Shown: positions 9,344-19,427, numbered from the stretch's first letter. The stretch: DNA of 64,000 bases from an uncultured Chlamydiae bacterium (GCA_963730605.1 CAVSSM010000002.1:64001-128000); one strand, 5' to 3'. Numbers and translations are program-made. The notes: generated by a model not told the origin, from the sequence alone.

Positions 9344-12300
9344 ATGGCAACAGATTTAGCTATTGTCTCCAAAACGGACGGAACCGGGTCTTCCCTTCCT
9401 ATAAATCCAGACTCCTCGAGCTCCGGGACAGTGCGCACTCAGCTAGCTGCGAGCGCTGCCTTAACGCCGCCTGTGAACCCCGTACCCACGCAAGAACAAG
9501 ACGAAAAAGCAAAGAGACAAGTTAATCAAGTTCCGAAGCCCCTAGTCGATGGCACAGAGATCCAGTCCACAACACCATCCCTTGATACAGAGTCGCTCTA
9601 TCAGGCTATAACAGCGATGATTCCCGACGAAGATGACGTTGAAGAAGTGTTCTTCGACCCTGACAGTCTTATGCAAGAATCAGAACATGCCCAAGATATC
9701 GTAGAAACCTTGACGCCATTTCTGAAAGAAAGCTGGGATGAGAAACATGGCGAGGGGTCTTGGGAATCAACGCTCCTGACCGCATACATGTCGGCGGAGG
9801 TGAATTATTCAGTGATGGAAGATGCAAGTATCTCAGCAAATAGCGAGGATCTCGCTTGGATCGCCGTCAGCAAATTAGCAGCACAGGCGGCAGGACTTTC
9901 GCCCGAATATTGCTGCCCCCAATTTCCTTGGGAAAATACAACTGAAGAGAGCATGCAGAACACGGAGCAACTTAACCGATGGCAAGAGCTTAAAACTTAC
10001 CTTTTGAGCGGTGCGGCTCTCGAAGAAGTTCAAAGCGTTAAGGATTCGGAAGAGGGATCGCAAACGCAACTTCAACCAGGTCTATCCTACCTTCAAAATG
10101 GCCTTTCTCTTCTTGCGACTGCTGCGACCTCTGATAAACTATGGCGATTTGTCTTCTGGGGCACAGTCATCTGCAGTCTTTCTTTCGTCGCAGCGGCAGC
10201 CACGCCATTGGTGGCAAACGCATGCATAAACGGAAGCGCCGCCAACGTTACTTCAACCGCATCGGCTATGGTACCTTATGTTGCCTCAGCCGGAAGCGCC
10301 CTAGCAGTCGATCTCGTAAACGCAGCTACCAATACTGTTGCAACCCTGGCCTCAACAGCATCGTGCGTAGTAACAGCGCCAACCATTGTAAATCTTTTAG
10401 CAGACGGAGTGGCGGCCGCACATAATTCCAATCCCCCTCCTCCCATACGCAGTCTGAGCGATGCGCCACAGACTATCGTCCAGAATACAGCGACAAACGC
10501 ATCATGGTTCGACATATTTAGCTATACGTCTGCCGTTTTATATTCCATGTCCAAATTCCGGAATGCCTTGATTGCAGCGTCTAAAGAAAATTACGGAAGG
10601 GCCGCGGGTAACCTAGCCCTAAGCGTCATTCCTCCTACAATCGCCTATTTTGGAAGCCCGACTGCATGGGTGTTAACGGCTACCGGATTGAGTGCCGCCG
10701 AAAGTCTGTTGCCCCTATTGCTCCCCCGCCCAGTAGATACCACCACGGTTCCTCCAGTAGATACCGCCTCGGCTCCTCCAGTAGATACCGCCTCGGCTCC
10801 TCCAGCAAAGTTCCAACTCTATGCGAGAGAAAACGTCGTCTGCAAAAAAGGGATATTCAATATCAAAGTCCCCGGGCCGGTTGGCCTCTCTCCTGAACAG
10901 AAGGAAGATTTAATCAAAGCGTTTATCTCAGAAGTGCTCGATCAAAACCCCGTTAAAACCATGGTTGGGGACAAAATCGAATTCCAATTCCCGGAATCCA
11001 AAAAATGGACTGTCCAAGTGACGCCACGAGATGGGCATTCGCATTCCGCGGGGCGGAAGCTCGAGGGCGAAAAGACCTATAGCGAATCGCCATCCCACAG
11101 AAACTCTATCAAAAAACTGGAAACGTTGCGTAAAGTCATGGTCGGCGGCGCTCATGCCTTCGCCGTTATGCAAGCCCTCCGCTCCATCACGATGGACAAA
11201 ATCCCCAATAACGCCCCAGCCGTCTCTCCCGTAATCTTTACCAACGCGCCTCCTGCGCTTTGTTCGCCGATGCAAGCGATGCTAGCGATCCCAGAGATTC
11301 AGACTGCAATGAAACAGAGCAATCATCCCGAGGTAAAGAAGATCGCGAACGCCTACACAGCAAAATTAGTGCCAGGCACTGCCAGCGATCCCCTAGATCT
11401 AGCGGCTCTCGAAGCGGAGCTAAACAAGATAATCTCCAACTCTAGACCACGGGACGACCAAGAATATAGGAATGCGCTTTTTAATTTGATGAAAAACCGT
11501 GGCGACGATTTGAGCAAGGTTCTCGTCCCGCAATTGGATATCCCATATCCAACGCTGACGCAAAACACTGTAGCTGCAAACTGGCTTCAGGCAAGAAACA
11601 CTCCCCTTTTTCCTAAGCTTAAGATCTCACCTAGCGACACCGAGGAGAATCTCCAAGCTTTAGTAGACGCGCAGCAGTCTCAAGGAAGCATGGAAAAACA
11701 ATTTCATTCGATCCCCAATTTCTTACAGATCAGTGTCGACAAAGTCGCAGTTGATGCCACAGGGACCACCACCACCAGAGCAGCTAAACTCAACAATGAA
11801 AAGTTAGAGTTAGAATTAGATTGGAAATATATCGAAGCGAATACACACCCACACCCTCTCCGGACTAATGCCAATAAACCTAAGTATTCCCTTCAGAATA
11901 TGATCTTGCATACGGCTCAGGGCAGTGACATCACATATCAAAGAACGGTCGAAAACGTGAACGGAGAGCTACAGATTTTCTACTGGAAATTCGATCCTGC
12001 CAACGGGATACAAGCCCATATTTGCATTGATATCGACGAGTTTAAGGAAGCTGCAAACAGTCCAGCCAAGAAAGACCTTTTCTTCTTGAAACAAGAGGAA
12101 GGGGCTGTGCGAAAGGAGGAAATCCTTGCGCAGCGATACGACTCCGACAGCAACCCAGATCTTGAGGAAAACAATAACGTCTTCTTTAAATATGACAACA
12201 ACACGGTCTATAACATGTCATTGCTTTCACTCGCTGCGATCGTACAGGCGGTACAGGAGAACAATTCTAAATACTTGCAATATTTTGTACATCAGGCGCT

Positions 12301-12661
12301 TCGAATAGCTCACAGTAGAGGAGACACGAAAATCACTCTACCTGTCCCTGTAGGCAAGGCAGCCGACGGGATGAATTGGCCGATCGGGATTATGTGGTTC
12401 GCCGCCCAAGAATTTATGAAGACCCTACCGGCTGGAAGTAACTTCACAGTCCACCTTGCGATCGATAAATCTAAGAAACAGGGAGAGCGAAGAGCCCACC
12501 TCGTCAAACAGATCGACATGGCTGAAACAATCTATCTACAACATCAGTGGCAAGGAGCCTCTCCGGAACCACCCGCCCGTGCCGAGACACGGTTCAGGAA
12601 TTTCACGAATGACTGGAAGGCTTACTCCATACTTACCCGCCGGCACGGCTTTCTCTATTGA
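9344..12661 (+). CDS. Large hypothetical protein, effector candidate (hydrophobic segments, USP-like and macro-like regions)
   Basis: 1105-aa ORF; AT-rich upstream with TATAAT and aagga RBS; Ser/Thr/Pro-rich N-terminus; domain calls are by-eye inference. Confidence 0.75.
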   Translation: MATDLAIVSKTDGTGSSLPINPDSSSSGTVRTQLAASAALTPPVNPVPTQEQDEKAKRQVNQVPKPLVDGTEIQSTTPSLDTESLYQAITAMIPDEDDVEEVFFDPDSLMQESEHAQDIVETLTPFLKESWDEKHGEGSWESTLLTAYMSAEVNYSVMEDASISANSEDLAWIAVSKLAAQAAGLSPEYCCPQFPWENTTEESMQNTEQLNRWQELKTYLLSGAALEEVQSVKDSEEGSQTQLQPGLSYLQNGLSLLATAATSDKLWRFVFWGTVICSLSFVAAAATPLVANACINGSAANVTSTASAMVPYVASAGSALAVDLVNAATNTVATLASTASCVVTAPTIVNLLADGVAAAHNSNPPPPIRSLSDAPQTIVQNTATNASWFDIFSYTSAVLYSMSKFRNALIAASKENYGRAAGNLALSVIPPTIAYFGSPTAWVLTATGLSAAESLLPLLLPRPVDTTTVPPVDTASAPPVDTASAPPAKFQLYARENVVCKKGIFNIKVPGPVGLSPEQKEDLIKAFISEVLDQNPVKTMVGDKIEFQFPESKKWTVQVTPRDGHSHSAGRKLEGEKTYSESPSHRNSIKKLETLRKVMVGGAHAFAVMQALRSITMDKIPNNAPAVSPVIFTNAPPALCSPMQAMLAIPEIQTAMKQSNHPEVKKIANAYTAKLVPGTASDPLDLAALEAELNKIISNSRPRDDQEYRNALFNLMKNRGDDLSKVLVPQLDIPYPTLTQNTVAANWLQARNTPLFPKLKISPSDTEENLQALVDAQQSQGSMEKQFHSIPNFLQISVDKVAVDATGTTTTRAAKLNNEKLELELDWKYIEANTHPHPLRTNANKPKYSLQNMILHTAQGSDITYQRTVENVNGELQIFYWKFDPANGIQAHICIDIDEFKEAANSPAKKDLFFLKQEEGAVRKEEILAQRYDSDSNPDLEENNNVFFKYDNNTVYNMSLLSLAAIVQAVQENNSKYLQYFVHQALRIAHSRGDTKITLPVPVGKAADGMNWPIGIMWFAAQEFMKTLPAGSNFTVHLAIDKSKKQGERRAHLVKQIDMAETIYLQHQWQGASPEPPARAETRFRNFTNDWKAYSILTRRHGFLY
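10730..10805 (+). repeat. 24-bp coding tandem repeat x3 (PVDTASAP)
   Basis: ccagtagataccgcctcggctcct twice exactly, plus one variant unit. Confidence 0.95.
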
Positions 12662-12695
12662 CCCCATTGAGCTATTCCCGCATAATGGGCGCGCC

Positions 12696-12869
12696 TATAC
12701 ACAAATGAATTCAAAGGTTAGGAATATACCCAGGAGGCGCCCTCAGTTTGCCCCAGGCGTAGCCGGCGCCGAAGCAGCTCAACTTGCATAAGTTGAGCGA
12801 TGGAGGCGGGAGCAAAATGAGTGGCTGTCCGACGCCGGTAGAACCCAACTTCTGAGTTCATTTGTGTAT
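12696..12869. mobile_element. MITE family A (TATACAC ends), short form
   Basis: Imperfect TIR atacacaaatgaa(t/c)tca; internal hairpin gctcaactt-gcat-aagttgagc; homologous to the reverse complement of 32831-33048. Confidence 0.85.
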
Positions 12870-12874
12870 GTTTC

Positions 12875-12945
12875 GGTGGCATAGCCAAGTGGTAAGGCAG
12901 GGGCCTGCAAAGCCCCCATCCTCGGTTCGAATCCGAGTGCCACCT
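12875..12945 (+). tRNA. tRNA-Cys(GCA)
   Basis: Cloverleaf GGTGGCA..TGCCACC, anticodon loop CTGCAAA, T-loop TTCGAAT; CCA not encoded. Confidence 0.97.
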
Positions 12946-12962
12946 TTACTTTTGTACAATTT

Positions 12963-13772
12963 TTGCTTTACATCATTGCAACTCCCATCGGGAACCTCGA
13001 AGACATTTCCCAAAGAGCCCTCAAGACCTTGAGAGAGTGCGACGCTATCCTCTGCGAAGACACAAGGAGGACCTCGATCCTATTGAACCGATATGGATTT
13101 TCGAAACCGCTCATCTCCTACCATAAGTTCAAAGAAGCCAAAGTCTTGGATAAAATCTTAGAGCGTTTGGAGTCAGGGGAAAAGCTAGCTTTGGTATCGG
13201 ATGCCGGCACCCCCTGCATCAACGACCCCGGAGCGCGGCTCACCAAGGCCTGCGTAGAGCGAAACCTCCCGTTCACAGCGATCCCGGGGCCCTGCAGTTT
13301 GATCGAGGCGCTCGTCTTGTCGGCCTTTCATGTGGAGCGGTTCCAATTCATCGGCTTTCTTCCTAAAAAGCCCGCAAAGGAACTCCGGTCCCTCCTTTTC
13401 TACCACGGCGCTACGGTCGCCTTCGAGAGCCCGGAGAGGCTCCTTGCCACTCTGGAAGCCCTCGGCAAGATCGCCCCAGAGCGGCGCCTCGCCGTGGCGC
13501 GGGAAATGACCAAGACCTTTGAAGAGTGCCGCCGTGGGACGGCCGCCGAGCTGCATGCCCACTATCGAGCCCGTCCCCCAAAAGGGGAAATCGTCCTTGT
13601 GATCGCCCCTAGAGAGTCGCATGAAGAGCCGCCTGATTTGCCGATGGATCTCGAAGCTTGCGTCGAACTGCTCCAAGAAGTCCACGGCCTCACGTTGAGA
13701 GAGGCCATCAAAGATGCGGCCCGCCTCCTTAAAATCCCAAAGAGCGCGGTCTATAAAAAAATGCACAGATGA
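12963..13772 (+). CDS. rsmI: 16S rRNA C1402 2'-O-methyltransferase
   Basis: LYIIATPIGNLEDIS, CEDTR, VSDAGTPCINDPG, FESPER, REMTKTFEE; TTG start. Confidence 0.95.
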   Translation: MLYIIATPIGNLEDISQRALKTLRECDAILCEDTRRTSILLNRYGFSKPLISYHKFKEAKVLDKILERLESGEKLALVSDAGTPCINDPGARLTKACVERNLPFTAIPGPCSLIEALVLSAFHVERFQFIGFLPKKPAKELRSLLFYHGATVAFESPERLLATLEALGKIAPERRLAVAREMTKTFEECRRGTAAELHAHYRARPPKGEIVLVIAPRESHEEPPDLPMDLEACVELLQEVHGLTLREAIKDAARLLKIPKSAVYKKMHR

Positions 13773-13812
13773 GTTATGATTGCCATCCAAGGTTTAAGCG
13801 GAGGTCAAGGAT

Positions 13813-15399
13813 ATGAGTGCAACACCCAAAGAAATCATCTTTGCAGAAGATGCTCTAAACGCCCTTTCTAGCGGCATCGGAGAGATCGCCGACGTCGTTG
13901 CGATCACTTTAGGGCCGAGAGGGCGCAATGTCGGACTGCAGGCGTCCTGGGGTTCTCCTACGATCACAAGCGATGGCAACAGCATCGCCAAAGACCTCGA
14001 ACTGAAGGATCCTTTCCGCAATATCGGCGCTTCGATGGTCAAAGAAACTGCCGCGAAGATCAAAGAAAAATCGGGCGATGGGACGACGACGGGGATCGTC
14101 CTTTTGCGCGCGCTGGTTCAAGCAGGCGTCAAGAATATCGCCGCAGGGGCAAACCCCACCGCGATCAAGCGGGGAATGGACAAGACTCTTGAAGCGCTTC
14201 TCAAAGAGATCGATGCGATGGCAACCCAGGTCAAAGGGAGCGAAGATACCCGCAACATCGCGACAGTATCTGCCTCTTCGATGAGCGAGATCGGCGATAA
14301 AATCGGCGAATGTTTTGACAAAGTGGGGAAAAATGGCGTCGTTGCGATCGAAGAAGGCAAGGGCACTGAAACAGCGATCGAGATCGTGGAAGGGATGCAA
14401 TTCGACAAAGGCTATGCAAGCCCCTATTTCTGCACGAACGGAGAGCGGATGATCGCTGAAATGACCGAGCCCAAAATCTTGATCACGGATAAAAAAATCA
14501 CCTCCGCTCAAGAAATCCTTCCGATCCTTCAGCACATCGCATCGACCGGGCAGGAGCTCCTCATCATTGCCGATGAGATCGAGGGCGACGCCCTATCCAC
14601 GCTCGTCGTCAATAAGCTGCGCGGCACGTTGAAAGTCGTGGGCGTAAAAGCCCCAGGGTTCGGCGACCGGCGAAAAGCCATGCTCGAAGACATCGCGGTC
14701 CTCACGGGCGGCCAGGTGGTAAGCGAAGAGAAAGGGATGCTTTTGAGCGAAGCGGAAGCCGATGTCCTCGGGAAAGCCGGCCAAATTGTCATCGGCAAAG
14801 AAAAGACGACGATCATCGACGGCAAAGGAACCGAAAAAGCTTTGAAGGGTCGCATTGCCCAAATCGATGCGGAGATCAAGGCCGCAACATCGAGCTATGA
14901 TAAAGAGAAGCTCGAAGAGCGCAAGGCCAAGCTGCAAGGCGGCGTCGCAGTGATCAAAGTGGGAGCTCCGACGGAGTCGGAAATGAAGAAAAAGAAACAA
15001 CTCTTCGAAGACAGCCTGAATGCGACTCGCGCAGCCCTCGAGGAGGGAATCGTCCCTGGCGGCGGTGTGGCCCTCCTTCGCGCCGCCCGCTCTCTCTCTC
15101 TTCCGAAGGTTGCCAAAGAAGAAGCTGTCGGAGCCTCGATCCTCCTAAAGGCTTGCGATGCGCCCTTCCGACAGATCGTCCTCAACACGGGGCTCGATCC
15201 TTCCGTATGGCTGCAGAAGGTGCTGGAAAAAGAAAAATCGTTCGGCTTTAACGCGATCACTGAAAGCATCGAAGATTTGCTGAAATGTGGAGTCATCGAT
15301 CCGGTCAAAGTGGTCAAAAACAGCTTGGCCCATGCCGTCTCGATGGCCGGGATCGTGCTCCTCTCCGAAGCCGTCATCGTTGAAGAGAAAAGCAAATAA
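13813..15399 (+). CDS. groEL: Chaperonin GroEL paralog (no adjacent groES, no GGM tail)
   Basis: TLGPRGRNV, GDGTTT, EGMQFDKGY, KAPGFGDRRK. Confidence 0.95.
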   Translation: MSATPKEIIFAEDALNALSSGIGEIADVVAITLGPRGRNVGLQASWGSPTITSDGNSIAKDLELKDPFRNIGASMVKETAAKIKEKSGDGTTTGIVLLRALVQAGVKNIAAGANPTAIKRGMDKTLEALLKEIDAMATQVKGSEDTRNIATVSASSMSEIGDKIGECFDKVGKNGVVAIEEGKGTETAIEIVEGMQFDKGYASPYFCTNGERMIAEMTEPKILITDKKITSAQEILPILQHIASTGQELLIIADEIEGDALSTLVVNKLRGTLKVVGVKAPGFGDRRKAMLEDIAVLTGGQVVSEEKGMLLSEAEADVLGKAGQIVIGKEKTTIIDGKGTEKALKGRIAQIDAEIKAATSSYDKEKLEERKAKLQGGVAVIKVGAPTESEMKKKKQLFEDSLNATRAALEEGIVPGGGVALLRAARSLSLPKVAKEEAVGASILLKACDAPFRQIVLNTGLDPSVWLQKVLEKEKSFGFNAITESIEDLLKCGVIDPVKVVKNSLAHAVSMAGIVLLSEAVIVEEKSK

Positions 15400-15411
15400 A
15401 CTTGACAACCT

Positions 15412-15450
15412 CCTCCGCTCTTCTTAATTTGCAGCGGAGGGGTATTTTTT
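15412..15450 (+). terminator. Probable rho-independent terminator of groEL
   Basis: cctccgct...agcggagg stem followed by a T tract. Confidence 0.6.
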
Positions 15451-17317
15451 GTTTCGATTGCTGCTCTTTGTCCCTTTCGCACTTGTATACTGCTCGCAGG
15501 GCAGTATAGCCTCGATGCTCTCCGACGCCGAGTCGATTGGGCAAAAATATGCCCGCGAAGTCGCAAAACGGCCCCCTCCCTCCCTTGCCCCTAAAGTCCA
15601 ACCCCTCCTCGCAGCAACATCCACTTGGCTCTCCCTTGACTTGAAGACTTTGACAGCTCAACCCGGGAAGACGGTGCTCGAAACCCTGGGAAATGAGACT
15701 TTTTGGCAAATCTTGCAAGATCTGGGGATCAATGGAGTTTGGCTGCAGAACCTAAAAGGAGGAACGCGCACCGGCTTTGAAATCGACCCGAAGTGGGGCT
15801 GGGGGTGGCCCGCAATCAAAGATGCGGCTCTATCGCGCGGGACAGTGCTCATCGGCGAATGTGTAGGAGCTGCGACAAGCCCTGGTCTCGATTTCGCACT
15901 CGCCTTGCAAAACGTAGGTCAATATGCGGAAATGTATCATTTGATCGAGATCGATAAAAAGGACTTTCACCTCCTTCCGAAAGTGCCTGTTGGGATGTGC
16001 TTTGCCAATGTGTCTTGGCTGCAACTGGAGAGCTTGTATAAAAAAGGATACGTCCCCGAGGCGGCCCGCTCTTATACCAAGGAAAGCTCCTGGAATGCGA
16101 CGCCCTCAATCCAGGGCTTGGACGGCTGCGTAAGGCGTTGGATCTATCTAAAAGAAAACCAAAACGATCCCGTCCTCGCTTGGCTCTCACCCTCCTTTGC
16201 CGCAGAGAAGATCGCCTCGGCCGATGCGCTGGATTCTATCTACCGGCTCGGCCAAAAAGTGTTAATGATCGATGAGAAAATACCCATTTTCGCCAAGGAG
16301 ACCGCGGCTCTTTGGATCCGGAAAATCGGCGGCTTTACGGTCGCCTCTACAAACGGCACGCTTGGCGATCTGAAAACCGCCCCCACCGATATGGTTGTCG
16401 ACACTCCGACCCAAGCCGCTCTTTTGCATGCGCTGATCGCTGAGGATGCGGAAGCCTTGCGGCTTATCTATAAGCTCTACAGCCAAGATGGGATCGCCCT
16501 CTCCCGGCTCGTGCATGCCTTGGAGCCTTTCGACCGCTTCCCTTGCGACTGGACCGAATTTCTCCTGAATCCGAAAAAGCAGTATCTCTACCGTGAAGAA
16601 AAGATCACCGGCGAGCTGCTCGTTGACCGACTCTTAAGAGAGGATGTTTATAAGCTCAATGGTTTTAGCCCAAATTCGTTCCCCTCGACATGGGCTCACG
16701 CCTGCGCCCTTGCATTTGGGGTTGCAGATCCCAAAGATTTCCAAAAAAAACAACACGAAATTCAAAAAGCCCACCTTCTTTTGGCATTCACCTATGCGAT
16801 GCAGCCCGGTGTTTTTTGTTTCAGCGGATCTGACCTTGTGGGCGCATTGCCAGAGGGAGCGAATCTCCTTGGGGCCCCCAAAGAAGCATCTTCTTTGGGG
16901 AAAAAGGCGCAAATCGATCTCTTCGGACCCAATCGAAACGCCCTCTATCCGAGCCTTCCCTGCCAGATGCAAAGTCCCAAAACATTCGCCTCTGAGCTGA
17001 AAAAAATCCTCGCTGTAAGAGCCTCCAGCAAGATCGCGGCGGGCGAGCTTCTCGAAGTTTGCCCTGTCGATCACTCTGGAACGCTGCTCCTCCTTCACCG
17101 TCTGCCGGAGAGCCGTTTTTTTCATCTTCTCGCGGTGAATTTCAGCCGCTCCCCGGTGCAGGAAAAAATCAAGCTTTCAGGGCTGGAAGATACTTGGGCC
17201 ATCGACCTCATGTCGGGCTTATCCGCTCCAAAGGGGTTCGAGTCCGGCGTCTTCTTTTTCGATCTGCCTCCGCTCACTGGCAAAGTTTTTCTCTTTCAGC
17301 CAAAATACTATGATTGA
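15449..17317 (+). CDS. Pseudomonas stutzeri-type trehalose synthase (TreS)-like GH13 protein, probably exported and degenerate
   Basis: VLETLGNETFWQ, GLDFALA, YHLIEI..DFHLLP, KESSWNAT..GLDGCVRRWIYL, WLSPSFAA, YAMQPGVF..SG.DLVGALP recalled as TreS blocks; N-terminal signal-like sequence. Confidence 0.65.
   Translation: MFRLLLFVPFALVYCSQGSIASMLSDAESIGQKYAREVAKRPPPSLAPKVQPLLAATSTWLSLDLKTLTAQPGKTVLETLGNETFWQILQDLGINGVWLQNLKGGTRTGFEIDPKWGWGWPAIKDAALSRGTVLIGECVGAATSPGLDFALALQNVGQYAEMYHLIEIDKKDFHLLPKVPVGMCFANVSWLQLESLYKKGYVPEAARSYTKESSWNATPSIQGLDGCVRRWIYLKENQNDPVLAWLSPSFAAEKIASADALDSIYRLGQKVLMIDEKIPIFAKETAALWIRKIGGFTVASTNGTLGDLKTAPTDMVVDTPTQAALLHALIAEDAEALRLIYKLYSQDGIALSRLVHALEPFDRFPCDWTEFLLNPKKQYLYREEKITGELLVDRLLREDVYKLNGFSPNSFPSTWAHACALAFGVADPKDFQKKQHEIQKAHLLLAFTYAMQPGVFCFSGSDLVGALPEGANLLGAPKEASSLGKKAQIDLFGPNRNALYPSLPCQMQSPKTFASELKKILAVRASSKIAAGELLEVCPVDHSGTLLLLHRLPESRFFHLLAVNFSRSPVQEKIKLSGLEDTWAIDLMSGLSAPKGFESGVFFFDLPPLTGKVFLFQPKYYD
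16871..16904 (+). repeat. 34-bp coding mini-hairpin repeat
   Basis: ccccaaagaag-cat-cttctttgggg 11-bp stem; encodes GAPKEASSLGK. Confidence 0.85.
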
Positions 17318-18210
17318 TGAAACTTGCCGTTGTATGCGCGTCGGGAATCGGCGATGCCCTCATTTTCCAATTGGTTACCCACGCCGCAACTCTCAGAGGT
17401 TGGGATGCGACGACATTCAGCAACTCTCTTGCCAGCTTCGGCAGATGGCTCCCTCCAGGCTCTCTTTATAGAGCGCAGCCCCCAGTTGAAAAAATCGAAG
17501 AGCATTTCGCCTCCTTCGATGCGATTTTTCTGCAACATGACAATAGCCCTAAGGCCTTTGCGATCAAAAAGCTTAAGATCCCCGTTTATTCTTTTTATGG
17601 AGCCCATCTTCCCTCAAAACACGGCCTCTTTGACAAAAAGCGAGACTATGTAGCGATGCGCAATCAGACGATGGTCGACAATGTCAGGACCGCTGCATGG
17701 CAATTCTTCAATATCTCGGCAGAAGGAAATGGATTTAGCCCCCCTTTTGGCCTGGTCCACAGGCGGGCGTCCCGCCGGATTGCCATCCACCCGACCGCCT
17801 CATCGCTTGATAAAATGTGGCCCAAGGAGAAGTTCTTGTGGGTGGCCGACCGATTGAAAAGGGACGGGTACGAGCCTGTTTTTACCGTGGAGAGAGAGCA
17901 GGGGACAAAGTGGGGCGGGCCCCTACTTCACAGCCTTGAAGATTTAGCGTCATTTATTTACGAATCGGGCGCCTTTCTCGGCAATGACTCTGGACCCGGA
18001 CACCTCGCCTCCCTTCTGAAAATCCCCCATCTCATCATCGCCGGAAATGGCCTCCAAATGCCCTTATGGAGAACGGGTTGGCATCCGGGAGCAAGTCTCA
18101 CTCCGCCAAAGTGGCTAATGAGGTTCAAGCCTTTGCGCAAACGCTGGGATTTTTTTATTTCAAAAAATAATGTTATTAAAAATTTTAAAAAGAACGCCTT
18201 GACGAATTAA
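17317..18210 (+). CDS. Glycosyltransferase family 9 (heptosyltransferase-like)
   Basis: GIGDAL, IHPTAS..KMW, FLGNDSGPGHLA. Confidence 0.85.
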   Translation: MKLAVVCASGIGDALIFQLVTHAATLRGWDATTFSNSLASFGRWLPPGSLYRAQPPVEKIEEHFASFDAIFLQHDNSPKAFAIKKLKIPVYSFYGAHLPSKHGLFDKKRDYVAMRNQTMVDNVRTAAWQFFNISAEGNGFSPPFGLVHRRASRRIAIHPTASSLDKMWPKEKFLWVADRLKRDGYEPVFTVEREQGTKWGGPLLHSLEDLASFIYESGAFLGNDSGPGHLASLLKIPHLIIAGNGLQMPLWRTGWHPGASLTPPKWLMRFKPLRKRWDFFISKNNVIKNFKKNALTN

Positions 18211-18259
18211 CTGCTATTAAATCTTGAATTTAGTAATATTAGAACAGGAGAGATGTGTT

Positions 18260-18550
18260 ATGAAAGACTTGCCCCATCACATGAAGAAACTGAACCGCCG
18301 GGTCATCCGTTCAAGCCTTAGGGAATCGGCAGAAGAAATGCCTGGACTGCCCCCTTTCCAGAAATCCGAGGAAGAGGAGAGGAAGATGGAAAAGCGGAAG
18401 ATGCGGAACTTGACTACCAGCCGCACGCCGATCCATGATACGCCCGATGAGAGGAATTGGAAAATGAAAGAGCGGGTTCCCATCTTTGACCGGAATAATG
18501 CCGTGCCCAAAAGAGCCCGGCCGACAAAGAAAAAAACTCCGAGAATCTAA
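18260..18550 (+). CDS. Small basic hypothetical protein
   Basis: RBS aggag; upstream ttgacg; in operon with downstream genes. Confidence 0.7.
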   Translation: MKDLPHHMKKLNRRVIRSSLRESAEEMPGLPPFQKSEEEERKMEKRKMRNLTTSRTPIHDTPDERNWKMKERVPIFDRNNAVPKRARPTKKKTPRI

Positions 18551-18554
18551 GGAA

Positions 18555-19427
18555 ATGAGAATCGCGCAAGTTTCAGATTTCCATTTTACCCACATCACCT
18601 GGAATCCGCTGCGTCTCTTTTCGAAACGGCTCTTCGGCAATCTCAATTGGCTCATTGCTAGACGCGCTATCTATGCGCACCAGCAGCTCGAGCCTCTGCC
18701 AAAGCTCTTTCGGGAGCTGAAGGTCGATTATGTCTTACTGGGCGGCGATTTTACGACAACTGCCCTTACCGAGGAATATGAAAGCGCCAAGAATTTCGTC
18801 TCGAAACTCTCCCAAGATTGGATCGCGATCCCGGGCAACCACGACCATTACACTTACAGGAGCCATCGTCAGAAACATTTCTACCGTTATTTTTCGAACA
18901 AGCGAGAAGAGATTTCTCATCCCGTCGATTTCTTTACTCTCAAAGACCACGGGGCCGAAGCCCAGAAGATCGGTCCCGGCTGGTGGGTTCTTGCCCTCGA
19001 TACGGCCCGGGCTACCAACCCTTATTCATCGCAAGGGCTTTTCTCTGAAAAACTCCAAGAGACTGCTGCTGAAATCCTCGCCCTTCTTCCTCCTTCCGAT
19101 TCTGTGATTTGCTTCAACCATTACCCTTTTTTCCCGCAAGACGAGGCGCGCCGCAACCTGGTTCGGGGATCTGCCTTGCAAGAACTCTTGCAAAAGTCTC
19201 CTCAAATCCGCCTGTATCTCAATGGCCATACCCACCGCCATGCGATCGCAGACCTTCAGCCTAACCATTTGCCAATCCTTCTCGACAGCGGCTGCTGCGT
19301 CCAGGGCTTTGAGGGAACCTGGAATTTAATTGACCTTTTACCCGATCATTGTTTTGTTACGGCATTCCGATGGAACAACCGGTGGGAACCGTTTCGAAAC
19401 GAGAAGATGGAATGGCGGAAGACATAG
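18555..19427 (+). CDS. Calcineurin-like metallophosphoesterase (Icc-like)
   Basis: SDFH, GGD, PGNHD, NHYP, GHTH. Confidence 0.9.
   Translation: MRIAQVSDFHFTHITWNPLRLFSKRLFGNLNWLIARRAIYAHQQLEPLPKLFRELKVDYVLLGGDFTTTALTEEYESAKNFVSKLSQDWIAIPGNHDHYTYRSHRQKHFYRYFSNKREEISHPVDFFTLKDHGAEAQKIGPGWWVLALDTARATNPYSSQGLFSEKLQETAAEILALLPPSDSVICFNHYPFFPQDEARRNLVRGSALQELLQKSPQIRLYLNGHTHRHAIADLQPNHLPILLDSGCCVQGFEGTWNLIDLLPDHCFVTAFRWNNRWEPFRNEKMEWRKT

Noticed and set aside
10730..10805. CRISPR array
   Set aside because: A direct tandem coding repeat without spacers; no cas genes in the window.
12950..12965. tttgtacaatttttg after tRNA-Cys matching the 44960 TIR
   Set aside because: A short AT-rich match without the ctcgac end; could be chance.
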